Assembly: GCF_006345805.1 (NCBI RefSeq)
Contig: NC_043004.1
Location: 22,878,001 to 22,942,000, forward strand
Direction: 5' to 3'
Length of the DNA: 64,000 nucleotides
Origin: Octopus sinensis
Taxonomy: Eukaryota
The notes beneath the pieces were generated by a model. That model ran no database searches and was not told the DNA's origin. It saw only the letters and a program-made list of their open reading frames with translations. The position numbers and the translations under genes were made by a program. The stretch's first letter is position 1, and each line of letters begins with the position of its first letter. Positions 63,221 to 64,000 of the stretch are shown here, one piece after another.

Positions 63221-63769
63221 CGTTACGTAGTAACCAAAAATAGTATTAATAGCCTTAAAAGAACAATGGCATGTTATACACTACATATAGGAAATAGTAG
63301 GTCAAATCAGAAACATTAGTGCGTTTTACAGAACTTGATTTTCTAAGATGCAGACACTTTTTTTCAAGTTGTCACATGATATCAACTGATATAAGAAACG
63401 ATAACAGAAGACATGACTCGTGACATGTAACTCCACTCATTTACTGCATTAACCTAAAATACTGCTATATTAAAGGAACGGTTTTGTGTTTCTTTTTTTG
63501 TTTCTGTTGCTAATTTATTGTACGTTGTCTTTGATTTAATGTGATGTGTATGTTTAGAGAGATGTGCAATGGATACGAAATGAATATAAGAAAAGACGTT
63601 ATTTTTCTGCACAACATTTCGTGATTATTTATAATTGTTGTTCGACATGTTTCTTAACTCTACACAAGTCTGCATACGTTAGTGGATGTATTCGTTTACT
63701 GTACAATCGAGTCTCATACACCGAACATGAACATGCACACACAAACATACAGAGGAAATACATATATAT

Positions 63770-63915
63770 TATTTTGTGGCTGTCTGGTAAGTATCTTGCT
63801 TACATACCATATGGTTCCGCGTTCAGTCCCACTACATGGCAACTTGGGCAAATCTCTCTTCGACCAAAATCTTGTTTGTAGATTTGGTAGACGGAAACTG
63901 AAAAAAACCCGTCGT
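63770..63915 (+). mobile_element. SINE family C 5' part
   Basis: gtggctgtctggtaag...atggttccgcgttcagtcccact...ggtagacggaaactg. Confidence 0.8.
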
Positions 63916-64000
63916 GTATATATATAATATATATATAATATACTATATATATATATATATTATGTATTGTGTGTGTGTGGGTGGTGTGTGTGGTTTGTAG

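Overview
Repeat-rich, AT-rich eukaryotic DNA, very likely from an octopus; the tRNA-derived SINE families and microsatellite load match what I know of Octopus genomes. I found only one host coding exon: 43366-43561 (+), an extracellular ANF-receptor-domain exon of a receptor guanylyl cyclase (natriuretic peptide receptor-like). The rest appears to be intron or intergenic DNA filled with decayed elements: SINEs, four Tc1/mariner relics, R4/Dong-type LINE fragments in (TAA)n arrays, a HERO-like LINE, CR1/L2 fragments, Penelope-like fragments, Helitron-like elements, MITEs and microsatellites. The most interesting signal is a pair of sequence-diverged ~300-390 bp elements (18162-18459 and 46058-46451). 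Both flank (TA)n, lie on the + strand and carry a type I hammerhead ribozyme. One core is canonical (CUGAUGA/GAAA/GUC); the other has a compensatory U3:A8 core. The two copies share downstream length (236 vs 234 nt), hairpin order and a long-range helix despite different sequence, which suggests a retrozyme-like or Penelope-derived self-cleaving RNA family. A near-perfect 443-bp inverted duplication also lies just downstream of the exon.
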